Assembly (NCBI GenBank): GCA_019828565.1
Contig: JAHDYR010000005.1
Span: forward strand, 62,001-126,000
DNA: 64,000 nt
Direction: 5' to 3'
Source of the DNA: Carpediemonas membranifera BICM
Lineage: Eukaryota > Protista > Fornicata
The position numbers were made by a program, and so were the translations under genes. The first letter of the stretch is position 1. Every line of letters begins with the position of its first letter. Shown here in pieces: positions 1-12,045 of the stretch. The notes below the pieces were generated by a model. It saw only the letters and a program-made list of their open reading frames with translations, did not search any database and had not been told where the DNA came from.

Positions 1-220
1 GCTGCACCTCCTCTGCGCAGTCTGTGTGGGGTCGAGTCGAACAGGCGCGCGACTTGTGTGAGGACGTCCTTGGACCACAGGCGTTTGCCGGCCCTCGCCC
101 GGAGGCGCATGTAGAGCCAGAGGGCCGGTGAGAGGGGGTGTCCTTGGATCTCTGGCACACGCTTGTGGATGTTGGTGCGGCCTGTCTTCGTGCGCCTGAT
201 GCAGATCACCAGGCCACGGC
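1..220 (-). pseudogene. Tyrosine recombinase fragment of a DIRS-like retroelement (runs off window start)
   Basis: Manual minus-strand translation SRGLVICIRRTKTGRTNIHKRVPEIQGHPLSPALWLY...TPHRLRRGGA aligns with the YR at 23745-24816 (LEITIRHTKT...SPAWWL...TGHSFRRGAA); catalytic K and HxxR present. Not in the ORF track. Confidence 0.85.
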
Positions 221-324
221 TGTTGTTATGGACAGTACACCATAATTTATATATTGCAGTTTAAGACCACGACACCTATGTGTCGAAATTATAAACATTC
301 CTGAACTAGGCTTAGTACGCCACA
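221..324 (+). repeat. Candidate 5' LTR (~100 bp) of Gypsy element 1
   Basis: AT-rich; starts TGT (221 or 224) where YR homology stops and ends CACA (324), 20 nt before the gag ATG. Shares CGACAC-N4-5-GTGTCG..TATAAA with the solo LTR at 31416-31545. No 3' copy found. Confidence 0.65.
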
Positions 325-343
325 GTAATATTACTTGGGGGAA

Positions 344-3300
344 ATGGGAAGAACATCGAGTGAAACTGTTGAAGCGCCGATTCTTAGAACGATCGACTTT
401 AATTCATTCATGACCTTTATCGACACTTACGAGGACTATAAGCTGAAAGGAGGAAAGCGGTACATGCACGAGCTGGTTAAGGAGTCGATCCTCAAGCAAC
501 TAAGTCTAACGCACCAGCTAAGACTGTCGGAAGTTGTGGTGGAGAGCGAAGGGGATCTCACTGAACACCAGCTCAAGAAACTGGTTCTCTCCAAGCGTGA
601 CGAAGTGTTGAAGCAAACCCTAGCAACTGCTCTTCTACCCGATGATGACTACGAGAGAGCGAAACTATTCCAGTTCAAGCTGAGAGACAGCACCGACTTC
701 AACACGTGGCCAACAGATATGGCGGAATACGTGGCTAAGTTCGAGCGAGTTGCCAGCGTGGTCGACATAGAAGCCATCGGAGCTGAAGCGGTCCGGAAGA
801 TGTTTATCAGAGGCATTTCTTCGAAGCCTCTCCGTTATCGTATTGATACCCTCACCGAGGACTCTAACTTCAACGAGACGGCAGCCACGGCCATGAAGAC
901 CGCAGCCAAGATGGCGAGCATGATGAGGGCTACGAGACCCTTCTGGGAGGAAGCAAGCGGCAAGCGCTGCAAGACCGAGACCGACAACGTCCAGAAACCC
1001 AGAGCAAAACTATCTACGTCCGTATCTCAAGCTAAGTCCAACGAACGCAGCAAGAGCAGGTGCTTTAACTGTCACCAGGAAGGGCACAGGGCTCAGGACT
1101 GTCCGAAGCCGACCCTTAAGTGCGGGATGCTCGGTCATGATGCTGCCTCTTGTCGCAAGACGGGATTCAGTGTCAATAAACGACCGCAGTATTCCCTTTT
1201 CATGACTGGTGAGGCGGAAGACAGGCCGACGATGACCGTCGAGGTCGACAAGACTGAAGCTACAGCACTGCTAGACTCGGGCGCAACGGCTAACTTCATG
1301 ACAGAAGCGATGGCGGTGAAAGCAGGCATGAATATCGAAAGAGAGAGAGTCGAAGTCAAGACTCAAGCCGGCTCTCTGTGGTCTGAAGGCTACGTGGACT
1401 GCACTGTGGCAGCGGCGAGCGTGACTGAGCGCAGGGTCACATTCAAAGAGAGATTTATAGTGTTGAAGGCACTGACTGTTGAGGTTGTACTGGGATATCT
1501 CACTCTACTCATGCTTGGGGTTTTAACAATTCCCGGCCAGGTCGCCAAGTTAGACTTACTCGTCACTGGGGATGAGAAGGAGAACGAACCTGGAGAGGAG
1601 CAGAATAATGCGGCAGAATACGTCGCTAGGTTTCCTAGACTGTTTAACATGGAGACGAGAAGGGCAAAGCTTAGACCTATGACGATCGAGGTCGGAGGAG
1701 AAGAGCCAGTACTATCGTATCCTTACAGGAAGAGCAAGCCCCAAGAAGAGGAGATTGAACGCCAGGTCGCAGACCTTGCGAGGATGGGTATAATAGAGGG
1801 AAGTCACGTAGCAAGCACAACAGTCCACTGGTGCTGGCGAGCAAGAGAGGTGGAACCTGGAGGATGTGCGTAGATTTTCGGAAACTGAACCTCCGTACGA
1901 CGCTCCAAAAGCGTCCGTTGCCGAAGATCGACTCACTGATAGAGTATGTTGAAGGTTGCAGACACTTCGCGTCTCTTGATATGAAGCATGCCTTCCACCA
2001 AGTACCACTAGCGAACCAACAGACCAAGGAGCTGACTGCCTTTACGACCGCTTCTGGCAAGTACCACTACAATTTCATGCCGTTCGGCCTGAAGAACGCG
2101 GCTAGCCACATGCAGAGCGCGTTAGAGGAGGTCTTAGCCGGACTAGTCTACGTTTCGTGCCTAGTGTATCTCGACGACATTCTTGTCTTTGGCAAAACCG
2201 AGGCAGAGTACCGCGAGAATCTCTTGAAGGTCCTAGCGCGTCTAGATGAGGCGGGAATAGTTCTCAATCCAGCAAAGTGCAAGTTCGACCTCACACAAGT
2301 GAGGTACCCGGGCTGGCTGGTGGATGGAGAGGGACGCAGGATAGATCCAGCCCGCCTTGAACCAATCAGAGCCATTCAGACGCCCCATAACCTGAAATCC
2401 GTCCGGTCACTACTAGGGATCCTCAATTGGTTCCGATCATTTGTTCCACAGTACGCTGACGAGACAGATCCGATTCTGAGTGTCATACGGTCGAAGACAT
2501 TCTTCTGGAACGATGAGCAACAGGCAAGTCTCGAGCGAGTTATGGACATTCTCCTCAAGAACGAAAACCTGTATCACTTCAGCTATGATCTGGAGACTGA
2601 ACTCTTTACAGACGCCAGTGATCTCGGTGCTGGGGGAGTGCTCTACCAAAACCACGAGGGTCGACTGTGTCCAGTGGCCTATTTCGCCCACACATTTACC
2701 GCCGCAGAGAGAAGATGGTCAACCTACGAGAAAGAGGCGTTCGGCATCCTCTTTTGCGTGAGAAAGATGCAACGCTGTTTAATGAGTGTTCGCTTTACGA
2801 TCCATACCGATCATCGAAACCTAGTATTTCTCTGGAGCTCAAGCAATGATAAGGTTGCCAGGTGGAGGCTCGAGCTCGGACAGTACGACTTCGACATCGT
2901 CCACGTTGCGGGCGAACAAAACGGTGTAGCCGACGCAATGTCACGCAATACCGTCCGCCTGGATCTCTTAGAAGCGGACGAACGCCGTCAAATGATTGCG
3001 GAGGTGCACGGGGGAGCCCAAGGACACCTAAGGGCGCGAGAGGTTGTTAGGAGGCTTCGACTGGCGGACAAGTCTTGGAAATGCATGTGGAGCGACGTGA
3101 GAGCATTCATCAAGCAGTGCCCCATATGCCAACGCCTAGTCCCGCCCGCTACAAGAGCCACGTCGATGCTGAAAACGCTGAAGTTGACCCCGTTCGAGTG
3201 TGTTCAAATGGACACCATTGGTCCTCTCACTGAATCTGGCGGTTGTAAGTACATAGGGGCTTGGATTGACGTCCTGAGCCGATTCACGAAGCTCTACGCG

Positions 3301-4275
3301 GTCGAGTCTACTGCGGCAACAACAGCGGCGACGACGATAATTGACCTGGCCTCCAACTTCGGTCTACCCAGAATCCTGCAGACTGATAATGGTTCGCAGT
3401 TTAGAAATAATCTGGTGGCCGACCTGACTAGCAAACTCACTCTCAACCATCGATTCAGCACGCCGTATCACCCACAGTCCAACGGGGTAATCGAACGGAG
3501 AAACACTGAAATCATGAAGCATCTTCGAGCAGTTTTACTGGAGACGAGCTGTGAATGGCACGAAGCGTTACCGATTGTTCAGAACATTATCAATGGAGTC
3601 CCGAACGAAGACCTACAGATGACACCGTTTGAGATCTTGTTTGGACACACAGACAGCAGGAGACCATCAGACGAGCAGTTAGAAGAAGCACTACAGCTCA
3701 GCAAGGAGACGAGGAACTTAGTAGCAGAGTTCAAGAAGGTGGTGACATTCTGCCAGGAGCGGGCTCGGCAGATCACCCAGCAAGTCATCAACGAGTCGCA
3801 CGGAGAGGAGGAGAGCGAGTATCAGTACCCTATACAGTCTTGGGTTCTCGTACGATACGCTGGGAAGCCCCCGAAGCTCGGTCCTCAGATGCGTGGGCCG
3901 ATGAAGCTGCTCGACCTGGCCGAGAAACGGGCGAGACTGGAAGACGTCGTCACAGGAAGCATCGTGACGGTACACATCGATAGACTGGCCCCCTTCCACA
4001 CAACGCTGAGCAACCAGGAGGTCATCAACATGCTCGCTAGGGAGGCTGGGGAGTACGAGGTTGACTTCGTGACGGACCACCAGTTTAAGGATCGCAAGCT
4101 ATGCCTCAAGATACGCTGGCTGGGATTTGAGCCGGAGGAGGACAGTTGACTTGACTTTACAGCCGATGTGAACAAGCTGCAGGCCCTGGACCTTTATGCG
4201 GCGGAGCATGAGGACGTACATAGGTTCCTGGACGCGTATGACCGGAGAAGGCGTCCGAGGAGGTTAAAGACATAA
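344..4275 (+). pseudogene. gag-pol of Gypsy 1 with a frameshift (~1800) and an in-frame TGA in the chromodomain
   Basis: ORFs 335-1873 and 1831-4149. TGA 4147-4149 sits at the conserved chromodomain Trp (EDS*L); the frame continues DFTADVNKLQALDLYAAEH to TAA 4273-4275, homologous to the end of element B (DEWL..EVRDLEALDIYAEAH). Confidence 0.85.
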
Positions 4276-4834
4276 TATTTATGGCATTGAGGCCACTAGA
4301 GCATCATTCCGTTGTAACGGAAGGCAGGAAATATTGATATTGCTTCGTTATGAAGAAATTGGCTGTAACTCGCCAACGGAGCGAATTGGAGTCTAAAAAC
4401 ATGCTTTTCGTGTTCTAGGAACCGACACGACAAATCAGTAAGCAATTGGCGTCTTTCATGATAGAAGGCCATATTGACCTAAAAATGCACTGAGGACAAA
4501 CATCCCATACGGAATAGAGGGATATGAAGGCAATAATGAGGAAAACCCACTTCTTCGCTGGTGCTGGTCCGCGCGGTCGGCCGGTGGCCTCCTTTGCTAC
4601 CGCGAACACCACTTGGTGTGCGTACGTCGGGAGTTGCAGGCCGATGAGGTGGCCGTGGCGCTCTATTTGCGAGAATTTGGCCTGAAGTGACGTCTTGCCG
4701 ATCGAATGTGCTTGTTCTTCCGCCCATTGCTGGCATTCCTGCTCTGTAGGGTTCAATGAGGTGTTGGCTTGCGATGTTGCCTGCAATGGCGCGGCGGTAT
4801 GGCGCAGAAAGCAGCAGTAACGCCTTGTATTCGA

Positions 4835-5260
4835 CTATTGACTTGAAATTGTTGTCATTGTCGGGACGAATAGCGCTAAGAGCCGAACTTTGCCGTTTGC
4901 CTCGACTTTCTGGAGCTCCGAGTCGATGAACTCGCAGGCCGGAATCACGAACCTCCTGCGGTGCGTCGCCAATCGCTTGAGCCCACTCACGGCTGGGCTC
5001 CATATGTCCGGTATAACGAGTGTGGCTGCTGACCGAACGGAGTGGGGGTCGGCGCAGCTGCCCCCTGATGAAATTCGAAGTAGCTTGGCGTACACTCGGC
5101 CCAGCATGGCCCATGGCGGCGCCAGGAAGACTCTTTTCCCGGTCCAGTCGGCCTGCAGCCCTTGGTCGGAGTATCGCAGACTTGAGACGACGAAGCCTGG
5201 TAGGAGCAGGTCCTTCTCCGAGTGCCCGGATACGTCGATCTCCGACGGTCCCCATAGACT
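4835..5260 (-). pseudogene. DIRS-type methyltransferase-like (MT) domain fragment
   Basis: Manual translation LWGPSEID...GLQADWTGKRVFLAPPWAMLGRVYAKL...ATLVIPDIW matches the DIRS MT pattern and the copy at ~33.7-34.1 kb (DAFTADW...AVPPVALLPRVTARL...VVIAP). Same strand as the YR fragment at 1-220. Confidence 0.75.
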
Positions 5261-5975
5261 GCCTTAACCTGGATCAAGGACCGCCTCTTGAACGAGGAAG
5301 TCCTAGTCCACCCACGTCCCGGAGAGGCACTGCATTTATTTACAGACGCCTCTGACGTCGGGATAGGCGGTGTACTGACCAACTCTGAGGGGAAACCCGT
5401 CGCATATTTTGCCAAGACTCTCTCGTCGACACAAAGACAATGGAGCACTATCGAGAAAGAGTGCTTCGCAATATTCCACGGCATTACGAAGCTAAGGCGC
5501 TACCTAGCCGGCAGAGTGTTCGAAATCCACACAGACTACCGCAATTTGACTTACATGCATCATAATATCAACGCTAAGGTCATGCGCTGGGCCATGGCAC
5601 TCTCCGAGTACGACTACAGCATCAGCCACGTCGCTGGGGTCGACAACGGCGCCGCCGACGCTCTCTCTCGATTATTCACTCTGGACGACGTCCCTGACGA
5701 ACGCTTCACCACCTTCCAAGCTCACCACAATGGCTCAGTAGGCCATCTTGGCCGTGACGCCATCTGCCGGAAAATCGCACAAGCGGGCCTCTCATGGCCC
5801 GGCATGAAGTCCGACGTCCGACGTCGGTTCATTAGCGAATGCCCGGTTTGCCAGCTGGTGCGCTCTAAGCGATCCACTATCCCGTCAGAACGCCACTCTC
5901 TCATGGGGAGCTATCCCTTCGAAGTGGTCCAGGCTGACTCGATCGGCCCCATGGACGTCCCCGGGTGCCACTCCA
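5258..5975 (+). pseudogene. Ty3/Gypsy pol fragment (RNase H + integrase zinc finger)
   Basis: FTDASDVGIGG, EKECFAI, HTDYRNL, ADALSR, H..GH..CPVC, DSIGP in ORF 5288-6007; truncated at both ends. Confidence 0.9.
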
Positions 5976-6424
5976 CATTTACATTTATACATTCGGCGAA
6001 ATGTTGACAACCCAGCCTTGTCTTGAACACCACCGGCCAATTTTGGTCGCTGAACAACATGGTACAACGCATAATTCACGAAAACGGACGCATCGGGGAG
6101 ATTCGACCAAACAAGGAAAGGTCCTTCTGGCGAACTCGGAAGAGAGTCTAGAAGGGGACAAGTCTATCCTTTAGCGATATTTATGCGTCTATAAGACAAA
6201 TACTGATGTTGTTATTCATGTATAGCGTCGTTCGCGGCAAGCCGATCGACGAAGGATGAGAAAAGCAAAAAAACGGGTCCACATACCACGGCATATCCGA
6301 ATCCAAGCCATCCAGGCCATTTGTGAATTTTTAGGATCGGATCAAAACAATCAAACACATTACGGACCATTGACGGTCCGTGGAGGGGCGGAGAGCCCTG
6401 ATAAGATGAACCCTTGCGCGCATA

Positions 6425-7089
6425 TCATGATTTCACACAGTGGTACCACAAATATTCGATCAGTAATTTTTGACCGTCATAAAGAGATGGCATGACTCGT
6501 TGGCGCATCAGATCGCGACGAACCCAGCTGAACACTTGCTCACATGGATTCAAGATCGGACTATAGGGCGGGAGATAGAGCAGACGGCATCTGTCAGTGC
6601 TGCTGGTCTCCATATCTTTCTTGCGTCGAAGTGGCACTCGTCCATGAAGAAGACATCTCTCGCGTCCATCGCGGCTGTTGCGGCGAATGCCACCTTCATG
6701 AATGACATCATGGCCTTGTGATCGGACAAAGTCCATCGAGTGTCACCGGTCTTTCTGGTTACGCCAGCTTCTGCTAGCATCTGGCTGACTCTGGCCCTCG
6801 TGTACTCCCGGCCGAAGTTGGTCTTGATGAGCTGGACAATGTCACAAAGGAAGTAGTCACGTTGATTCACGACCTTTGCAACGTACTTTCTAACTTCAGA
6901 TGCACGATATTGAGCGCTATTCGGTGTCTTGACGGGCTTATCCTCATCGATATTGTCCAACATCTTTCTTACGTGGCTTGCTGAGCCGCAATGCCAGACA
7001 TTCTGGCAGAATTCGACGATTGCTGATACAGGGGTACCTGCCTGAAACTCGTCGACAATGTATATCTGCATTTCAGTTGGATACACCAT
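6425..7089 (-). mobile_element. IS630/Tc1-mariner-like DDE transposase, internally deleted
   Basis: ATG 7089; HTH-like N-terminus, GVTRK, FFMDECHF (first D); another frame gives LLYLPPYSPILNPCEQVFSWVR (E motif); the middle D segment is missing. Confidence 0.8.
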
Positions 7090-7104
7090 TTTCAATCCTG
7101 CTCC

Positions 7105-7217
7105 CTTGTCGCAAAAAAGTCTTTGCTCCAAGATAACGGGACGAAAGCTCAGTCCGGGGCCAGATACCAAGCCATAAACTTCTTTCTTTCTTTCTTTCTT
7201 GTCGCAAAAAAGTCTTT
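7105..7217. repeat. 20-bp direct repeat upstream of the transposase (possible transposase-binding sites)
   Basis: cttgtcgcaaaaaagtcttt exact at 7105-7124 and 7198-7217. Confidence 0.7.
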
Positions 7218-7324
7218 CCCTGCAAAATGCTTTCAAAACGCTTATTCAAAACTTTACGCACGATATATCAAACGATTTAGCACTCTCACATGAGGAGCCG
7301 CGAATAGATTTAGAAAGATGCGTG

Positions 7325-10300
7325 CTACAAAGAATCATCTGGGAAAATCTCGACGAATGCATCCGTCAGTTTCGAAGGGAGCTCATCTCTTGGAAGCATC
7401 TTGAACAGGACACCAAAATGGCGCCTTGTCTTGGAAATTCGAATAATGGTTCTAAAGAGATAAACGCTATAGAATATGATCAACAGCAACAGGAATACCA
7501 CCCAGAAGAGTATCATATCGCTTTGTGTCGAGCTAAGAAGCTCTGTGAAACGGTCGCGCAATATGAATGAGAGTCTTACAATCGCGGGAGCAACATCTTT
7601 CTCCACAGAGTCCACCATAAAAAGAAAATCATCAGTGGCAAAGTTAAAACTCTGCATATCAGCCGCATAGTCTCGAGCACTTGACAAGTATGCCTGCGAC
7701 ACAGTTATAATGCCATGCTTCGTGGCCGAGTAAGGTCGTGAATACGAAGCATCGCAGTATTTGTCGAGGATTCTGACACACTCAGCATCGTAGAGCAGGT
7801 CGACGATCTCATCGCTGTAGGACCCTTTCACCCATGTGTCCTGAATGAAAATGTCCAGGAACATGTTATTCCATGAACGCCCCCATGATGGCATCCAGTC
7901 CCAGGCGTCGACGACAATGGCCTGATCACGAGCAGCGTCACCTGATAAATGAGAGACAAATGGTGCAGCATCGGCAAACTGGCGGGTCATGAGGGCTTGG
8001 GCGATCGTTAAGTTTGTGGGCGAGGTTGTGCCGAAGCCGACAGTGCAAGATGCGGCTGTGAGGATCATCCCGCGGAGCCTGACCGATGATTGATACTGAT
8101 AGAACATAGTGACAGAGGTCTGCGAGACGTCGGCGGTCTGATATATAGCAAATAGACACATAAGTATGTAAATCGCAGCGAATAGGCCCATCCAGCTGCA
8201 GAGGGCAGGGAGCTGGCGCATGGCGACACTCAGACGGATAGTGCTGTTGCTCATGACGACGCTATGGCGGCTAGAGGACCGCACGAGCTTGGTTTGACTG
8301 TCAGCTGGTACCCCAGACCCACTGTCCTGTTTCTCGAGGACCTCGAGCTTCTTTTGACTGGCCACCCGGGCAGTGAGAGCGTTGAACTGGCCGGCATCCT
8401 CGAGATCACCCTCTTCGAAGTCATCACCGTCAGTGATCACTAGTGGATCTACAATCATCCTCGTGCTCGCGGTCTGGAGCACAACCGACCTTGTCTTTCG
8501 ACCCACACTCGAGGGTTGATTCAATGCCACCGCCGACTCCACAAAGTCAGCTGACTCGGCCCCTGTCTTCTCGCCGTCAGTGACACCGGTATCCGAGTTG
8601 GCGGGACTAGGTTGACTCGTGTCAGATAGAGTCGAGGCCGTCTCTGCAATATGCGGCAGGTCAAGACGAGAGCGGCTGGTATCACCGTCGCCGAGCTGTG
8701 AGTGCGAGTGCATAGGCGCGGGTGTCCCTAACCCACTCTTCGAGGCATTGCTGCTGTTGATGATCTCCGTTCTTGGCCAAGCCTTGCTATGCTCTGGGGC
8801 CGACCTAGTCTGATCGAGCTTCAACAGGGATGAAACATAGGGCGTCATCGTGCGGCTGGGGATGAGCTCGCCGAGAGACTGCACCTGAGCTTCTTCATGG
8901 GACTTGAGGCGGGAGTTGCGGTAAGCCTGGAATCGATCGAGGATTGAGACCAGAGTTTGTTCGGGGATCCCAGCAAACATCTGTAGTATGTGGACAGTAA
9001 ATGAGGTGTCCTTGGCCATGGGAGCGAGGTAAAGGAATATGGAAACGATGAAGCAGCAGAGAATGAAGAGAAAGAAGATGCATAGGCACAGAGCGCTCTC
9101 GATAACCACAAAAAGCTGTGAGACAACGAACACTCGATTGGAAACGTTGTCTAGGGCATCGAGCACGGTCCGGCTGGCCAGGGTACCTTCATACTCCAGC
9201 AGCGTGTCCGTGACGGGGGCGCAGTGGGTCGTCATATCAGAATGTCCGGCCTCCAACCGCTCCACAAAGCACTCAGCAATGGCTTCTGATACTTGAATGA
9301 GCTCTGAGACATACTCCATGAGCGATGCGGTCTCGATATGATGGGGGGCACCGCCTTGGTACTTAGTAACCGCAATAGTCTGCTCCTTGAGGAGGTTGGG
9401 CAGGTTGTAGAGGCCGTGCGTGGCTGCGACAAGCACCGTGTTCATCGCCGTATCAAAGATTCCATAGTTGATATCCTTGACAGGGCCGTATCTATCACCA
9501 GATATGGTGATATCACCATTAATATACATATCCGATGCGTCGTAATAAAGAGCCATAGTATCCTTGATGACGTCGATTGGCAGCTCCTGGATGAGTGCCG
9601 ACCATATAGGACCACAGTAAACAGTTCCGCTGACGAGGATGACGGGGTTAGCGCTCCTTGAAGAGACGAGGCCCATTGCGATGTGCTGTATGCCGGTAGC
9701 GACGCTGATGACCCCGATTGTCTGGTACATGATGTGCTCGTACAGTTTGAGGATGAAGAGACATGCGCCGACACTCACTGTGAAAAGGAGCGCGATGAGG
9801 ACAGCAGAGAGAACTGCACGGACGTGGAGGAAGGCATAAGAGGCCGTTGAGCCCTGGAGGTTGATAGGTCCAAACCGGAGTCTCGTCTTAGTGTCATTGT
9901 CGCTGGCCGGGGCGACCTCAAGCTCGTCAGCAAGACCCAGGAGCTCGTCGCAGTAGTTCTTCACGGCGTCTGTGCTGTTGAACAGTTGGACGTACTGACT
10001 GTACGACCGGAGCACGCGGGGCGTGGGGTTAGCGAGCATGCGCTGGTATAGCTTCTCAGTGCTGTTCTGCAGCGTCGATATCCGTTCAGTCGCCGTAGAC
10101 AGTGCCTTAAACTGCGATAATGTCAGCTGCTGGCCACGAGAGGAGAGGACCTGGGTCCAGAAGACGCCCAGAGCGTCTGCCAGCTGCCTCTGTGATCTTA
10201 GGAGTATCGCCATGTTCCTCTGTGCCTCTAGCTTACTAATAACGCTGCTATCCTCGTACAGTGCCGAACGGTACTTCGTGCAGATGAATTGGAAGTACTT

Positions 10301-11749
10301 CACGTCAAGAACCCATGGCAAGGCGGCCAGCGCCCTTGAGGTGGAGAGGATGGCTGACTGAAGCGTCTCGCCTCTGAAAGCTGCGCTGAAACACACGTAG
10401 CTCTTGGCAACGCCCTGGTTTGTCGGCCACTTAGCCCGAGCAAATTGAAAGAGTCGCATCCCAAAGTCGATTTCCCGCTCGATCTTTGCTTCCATCTCCT
10501 TCATCGTCTCAATCTGTTTCTCAGTGAGATAATCAATATTGAGCATCCCGCCCTCACTCTGACCGCCACTGTACTCCTGTATTGTCACTGGAATAGACCT
10601 TGTGATGTTTCTCATCGTCCGCTGGGCCTGGGCAATGGTCACCCGCGAGTGCCTGAGTGCGGTCTCAACCTGGCCAGCACGGAGGAAGCGGGGGGCGAGA
10701 AGGAGTGGGTCGGTGGGGGCCATGTCAGCAACGTGTTTCCTGAACTTGGACGTGAGTGCAGTGGTGTACAGCATCGAGCATGCGACAAGGCCGGGTGCCA
10801 GGAGTAAGAGTGTGAGGGAGCAGAGACCGATCGCCCAGTGGCCCATGAAGGCCAGGGCGACAAGGAGGACGGCCATGCTAGTGGTCCTGATGATGTTCAT
10901 CTTGAAAGAATAGTAAGGAATGAAGATGCCGTACAAGAGCAGGTTGAGGGTGGTAAAGAAGGCCATCCAGACCCACAGGACAATGGAGTTAGACTGGAGG
11001 AATGGGATCTGATACAATACGACCGTTACCGCCTTACCCACGAGATATGCCATGTCAATTCTTGAACTGAGGCGTGAAAGAGGGTTTGATGATGTAAACC
11101 CGAATGGAAAGCTGGTCATAGTGATGCAGGCGACAACGGCAGTGATGAATGCGGCCATTGCAACTGATGAGGCGAATACGGCGATGTCAACGACGTTGGT
11201 CGAGGTTGGAACGTACTCAGCGGCCAAAGAGACAAGCACTGAGAAGACGGGGATGAAGCCTAGCGTAGTTAGGAAGATCAGCGTGAGGCGTATAAACCGT
11301 ACCAGTGTCATTGAGGGGACTTGGGCGCGTTGGATTGCTTTGGCGGCCATGATGCACATGAGTGCGAAGAAAAGGAAGAATATGACGACAAGGAGACCGA
11401 GAGCAAGGAGGATGTTCGAGTTGGTGTAGTTTGCCATCGTAGTGACGCGGGAGAGGGCGAGGATCTTCTGGAATATGGAGAAATTGCCCCAGGAACGAAG
11501 GGAGGTGTCCGTGGTATAGGAGAACATCTGGACGGCGTCCACCACCATGAAACACAGCTGCAGGATCCAAAACACTTTGCTAGGAGAGCTCGTGAGGTAT
11601 ACGAGCTCGAAGAATGTAGAACGAATGGAAGCAAGGGTTCCTACGCCCATCGTTGTAGACGAGGATGCGATACTGTCGCTCTCGCCTACCGATGACTTCC
11701 TCATCGTGTATGTTGAGGAAGCATAGCTCATTAGGCGTGGACGAGGCAT
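7325..11749 (-). CDS. TmcB-like multi-pass membrane protein
   Basis: 1474 aa; N-terminal multi-TM block, helical region (EKLYQRMLANPTPRVLRSYSQY), further TM pairs flanking large loops. Family assigned from architecture only. Confidence 0.65.
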   Translation of the reverse strand: MPRPRLMSYASSTYTMRKSSVGESDSIASSSTTMGVGTLASIRSTFFELVYLTSSPSKVFWILQLCFMVVDAVQMFSYTTDTSLRSWGNFSIFQKILALSRVTTMANYTNSNILLALGLLVVIFFLFFALMCIMAAKAIQRAQVPSMTLVRFIRLTLIFLTTLGFIPVFSVLVSLAAEYVPTSTNVVDIAVFASSVAMAAFITAVVACITMTSFPFGFTSSNPLSRLSSRIDMAYLVGKAVTVVLYQIPFLQSNSIVLWVWMAFFTTLNLLLYGIFIPYYSFKMNIIRTTSMAVLLVALAFMGHWAIGLCSLTLLLLAPGLVACSMLYTTALTSKFRKHVADMAPTDPLLLAPRFLRAGQVETALRHSRVTIAQAQRTMRNITRSIPVTIQEYSGGQSEGGMLNIDYLTEKQIETMKEMEAKIEREIDFGMRLFQFARAKWPTNQGVAKSYVCFSAAFRGETLQSAILSTSRALAALPWVLDVKYFQFICTKYRSALYEDSSVISKLEAQRNMAILLRSQRQLADALGVFWTQVLSSRGQQLTLSQFKALSTATERISTLQNSTEKLYQRMLANPTPRVLRSYSQYVQLFNSTDAVKNYCDELLGLADELEVAPASDNDTKTRLRFGPINLQGSTASYAFLHVRAVLSAVLIALLFTVSVGACLFILKLYEHIMYQTIGVISVATGIQHIAMGLVSSRSANPVILVSGTVYCGPIWSALIQELPIDVIKDTMALYYDASDMYINGDITISGDRYGPVKDINYGIFDTAMNTVLVAATHGLYNLPNLLKEQTIAVTKYQGGAPHHIETASLMEYVSELIQVSEAIAECFVERLEAGHSDMTTHCAPVTDTLLEYEGTLASRTVLDALDNVSNRVFVVSQLFVVIESALCLCIFFLFILCCFIVSIFLYLAPMAKDTSFTVHILQMFAGIPEQTLVSILDRFQAYRNSRLKSHEEAQVQSLGELIPSRTMTPYVSSLLKLDQTRSAPEHSKAWPRTEIINSSNASKSGLGTPAPMHSHSQLGDGDTSRSRLDLPHIAETASTLSDTSQPSPANSDTGVTDGEKTGAESADFVESAVALNQPSSVGRKTRSVVLQTASTRMIVDPLVITDGDDFEEGDLEDAGQFNALTARVASQKKLEVLEKQDSGSGVPADSQTKLVRSSSRHSVVMSNSTIRLSVAMRQLPALCSWMGLFAAIYILMCLFAIYQTADVSQTSVTMFYQYQSSVRLRGMILTAASCTVGFGTTSPTNLTIAQALMTRQFADAAPFVSHLSGDAARDQAIVVDAWDWMPSWGRSWNNMFLDIFIQDTWVKGSYSDEIVDLLYDAECVRILDKYCDASYSRPYSATKHGIITVSQAYLSSARDYAADMQSFNFATDDFLFMVDSVEKDVAPAIVRLSFILRDRFTELLSSTQSDMILFWVVFLLLLIIFYSVYLFRTIIRISKTRRHFGVLFKMLPRDELPSKLTDAFVEIFPDDSL

Positions 11750-12045
11750 CTTCAGCTGCTGGATCTCGTTCGACTCTGGCGCGACTGCAGGAGAAAGATT
11801 CGCGATGACAGATTCAGGAGAGGAGAGGTGAATCGGGATTGGTCTTCGTAAAGTACTTGATGATATCAGCGCAGATTCGGTTCTGTTTTCCCAAATTTGA
11901 TCTCAAATTCTCGTACCACTACCAACGAATACCACCGAGTCAGTGATAAAACGCTGCATTTTGAAGCAAACCCAGACATGCGGAGTTCTGCGGAGACTGC
12001 TGAATGGACGCCAGGCAATCTGCAGCTTGTCATCATTTAGTACTT

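Larger units (their letters stand above)
221..4275 (+). mobile_element. Ty3/Gypsy chromodomain LTR retrotransposon 1 (degenerate, 3' LTR not found)
   Basis: Domain order gag (CFNCHQEGHRAQDC) - protease (LLDSGAT) - RT (YLDD) - RNase H (TDAS) - integrase (HHCC, MDT/TDNG/ERRN) - chromodomain. Confidence 0.95.

Noticed and set aside
4147-4149. TGA read as Trp (alternative genetic code)
   Set aside because: TGA terminates intact genes here (pepD, EF-hand, YR) and Trp is otherwise TGG; a TGG>TGA mutation in a decaying element is simpler.
4276-4830. 3' LTR/TSD of Gypsy 1 or a gene
   Set aside because: No copy of 221-324 and no recognisable protein motif; left unassigned.
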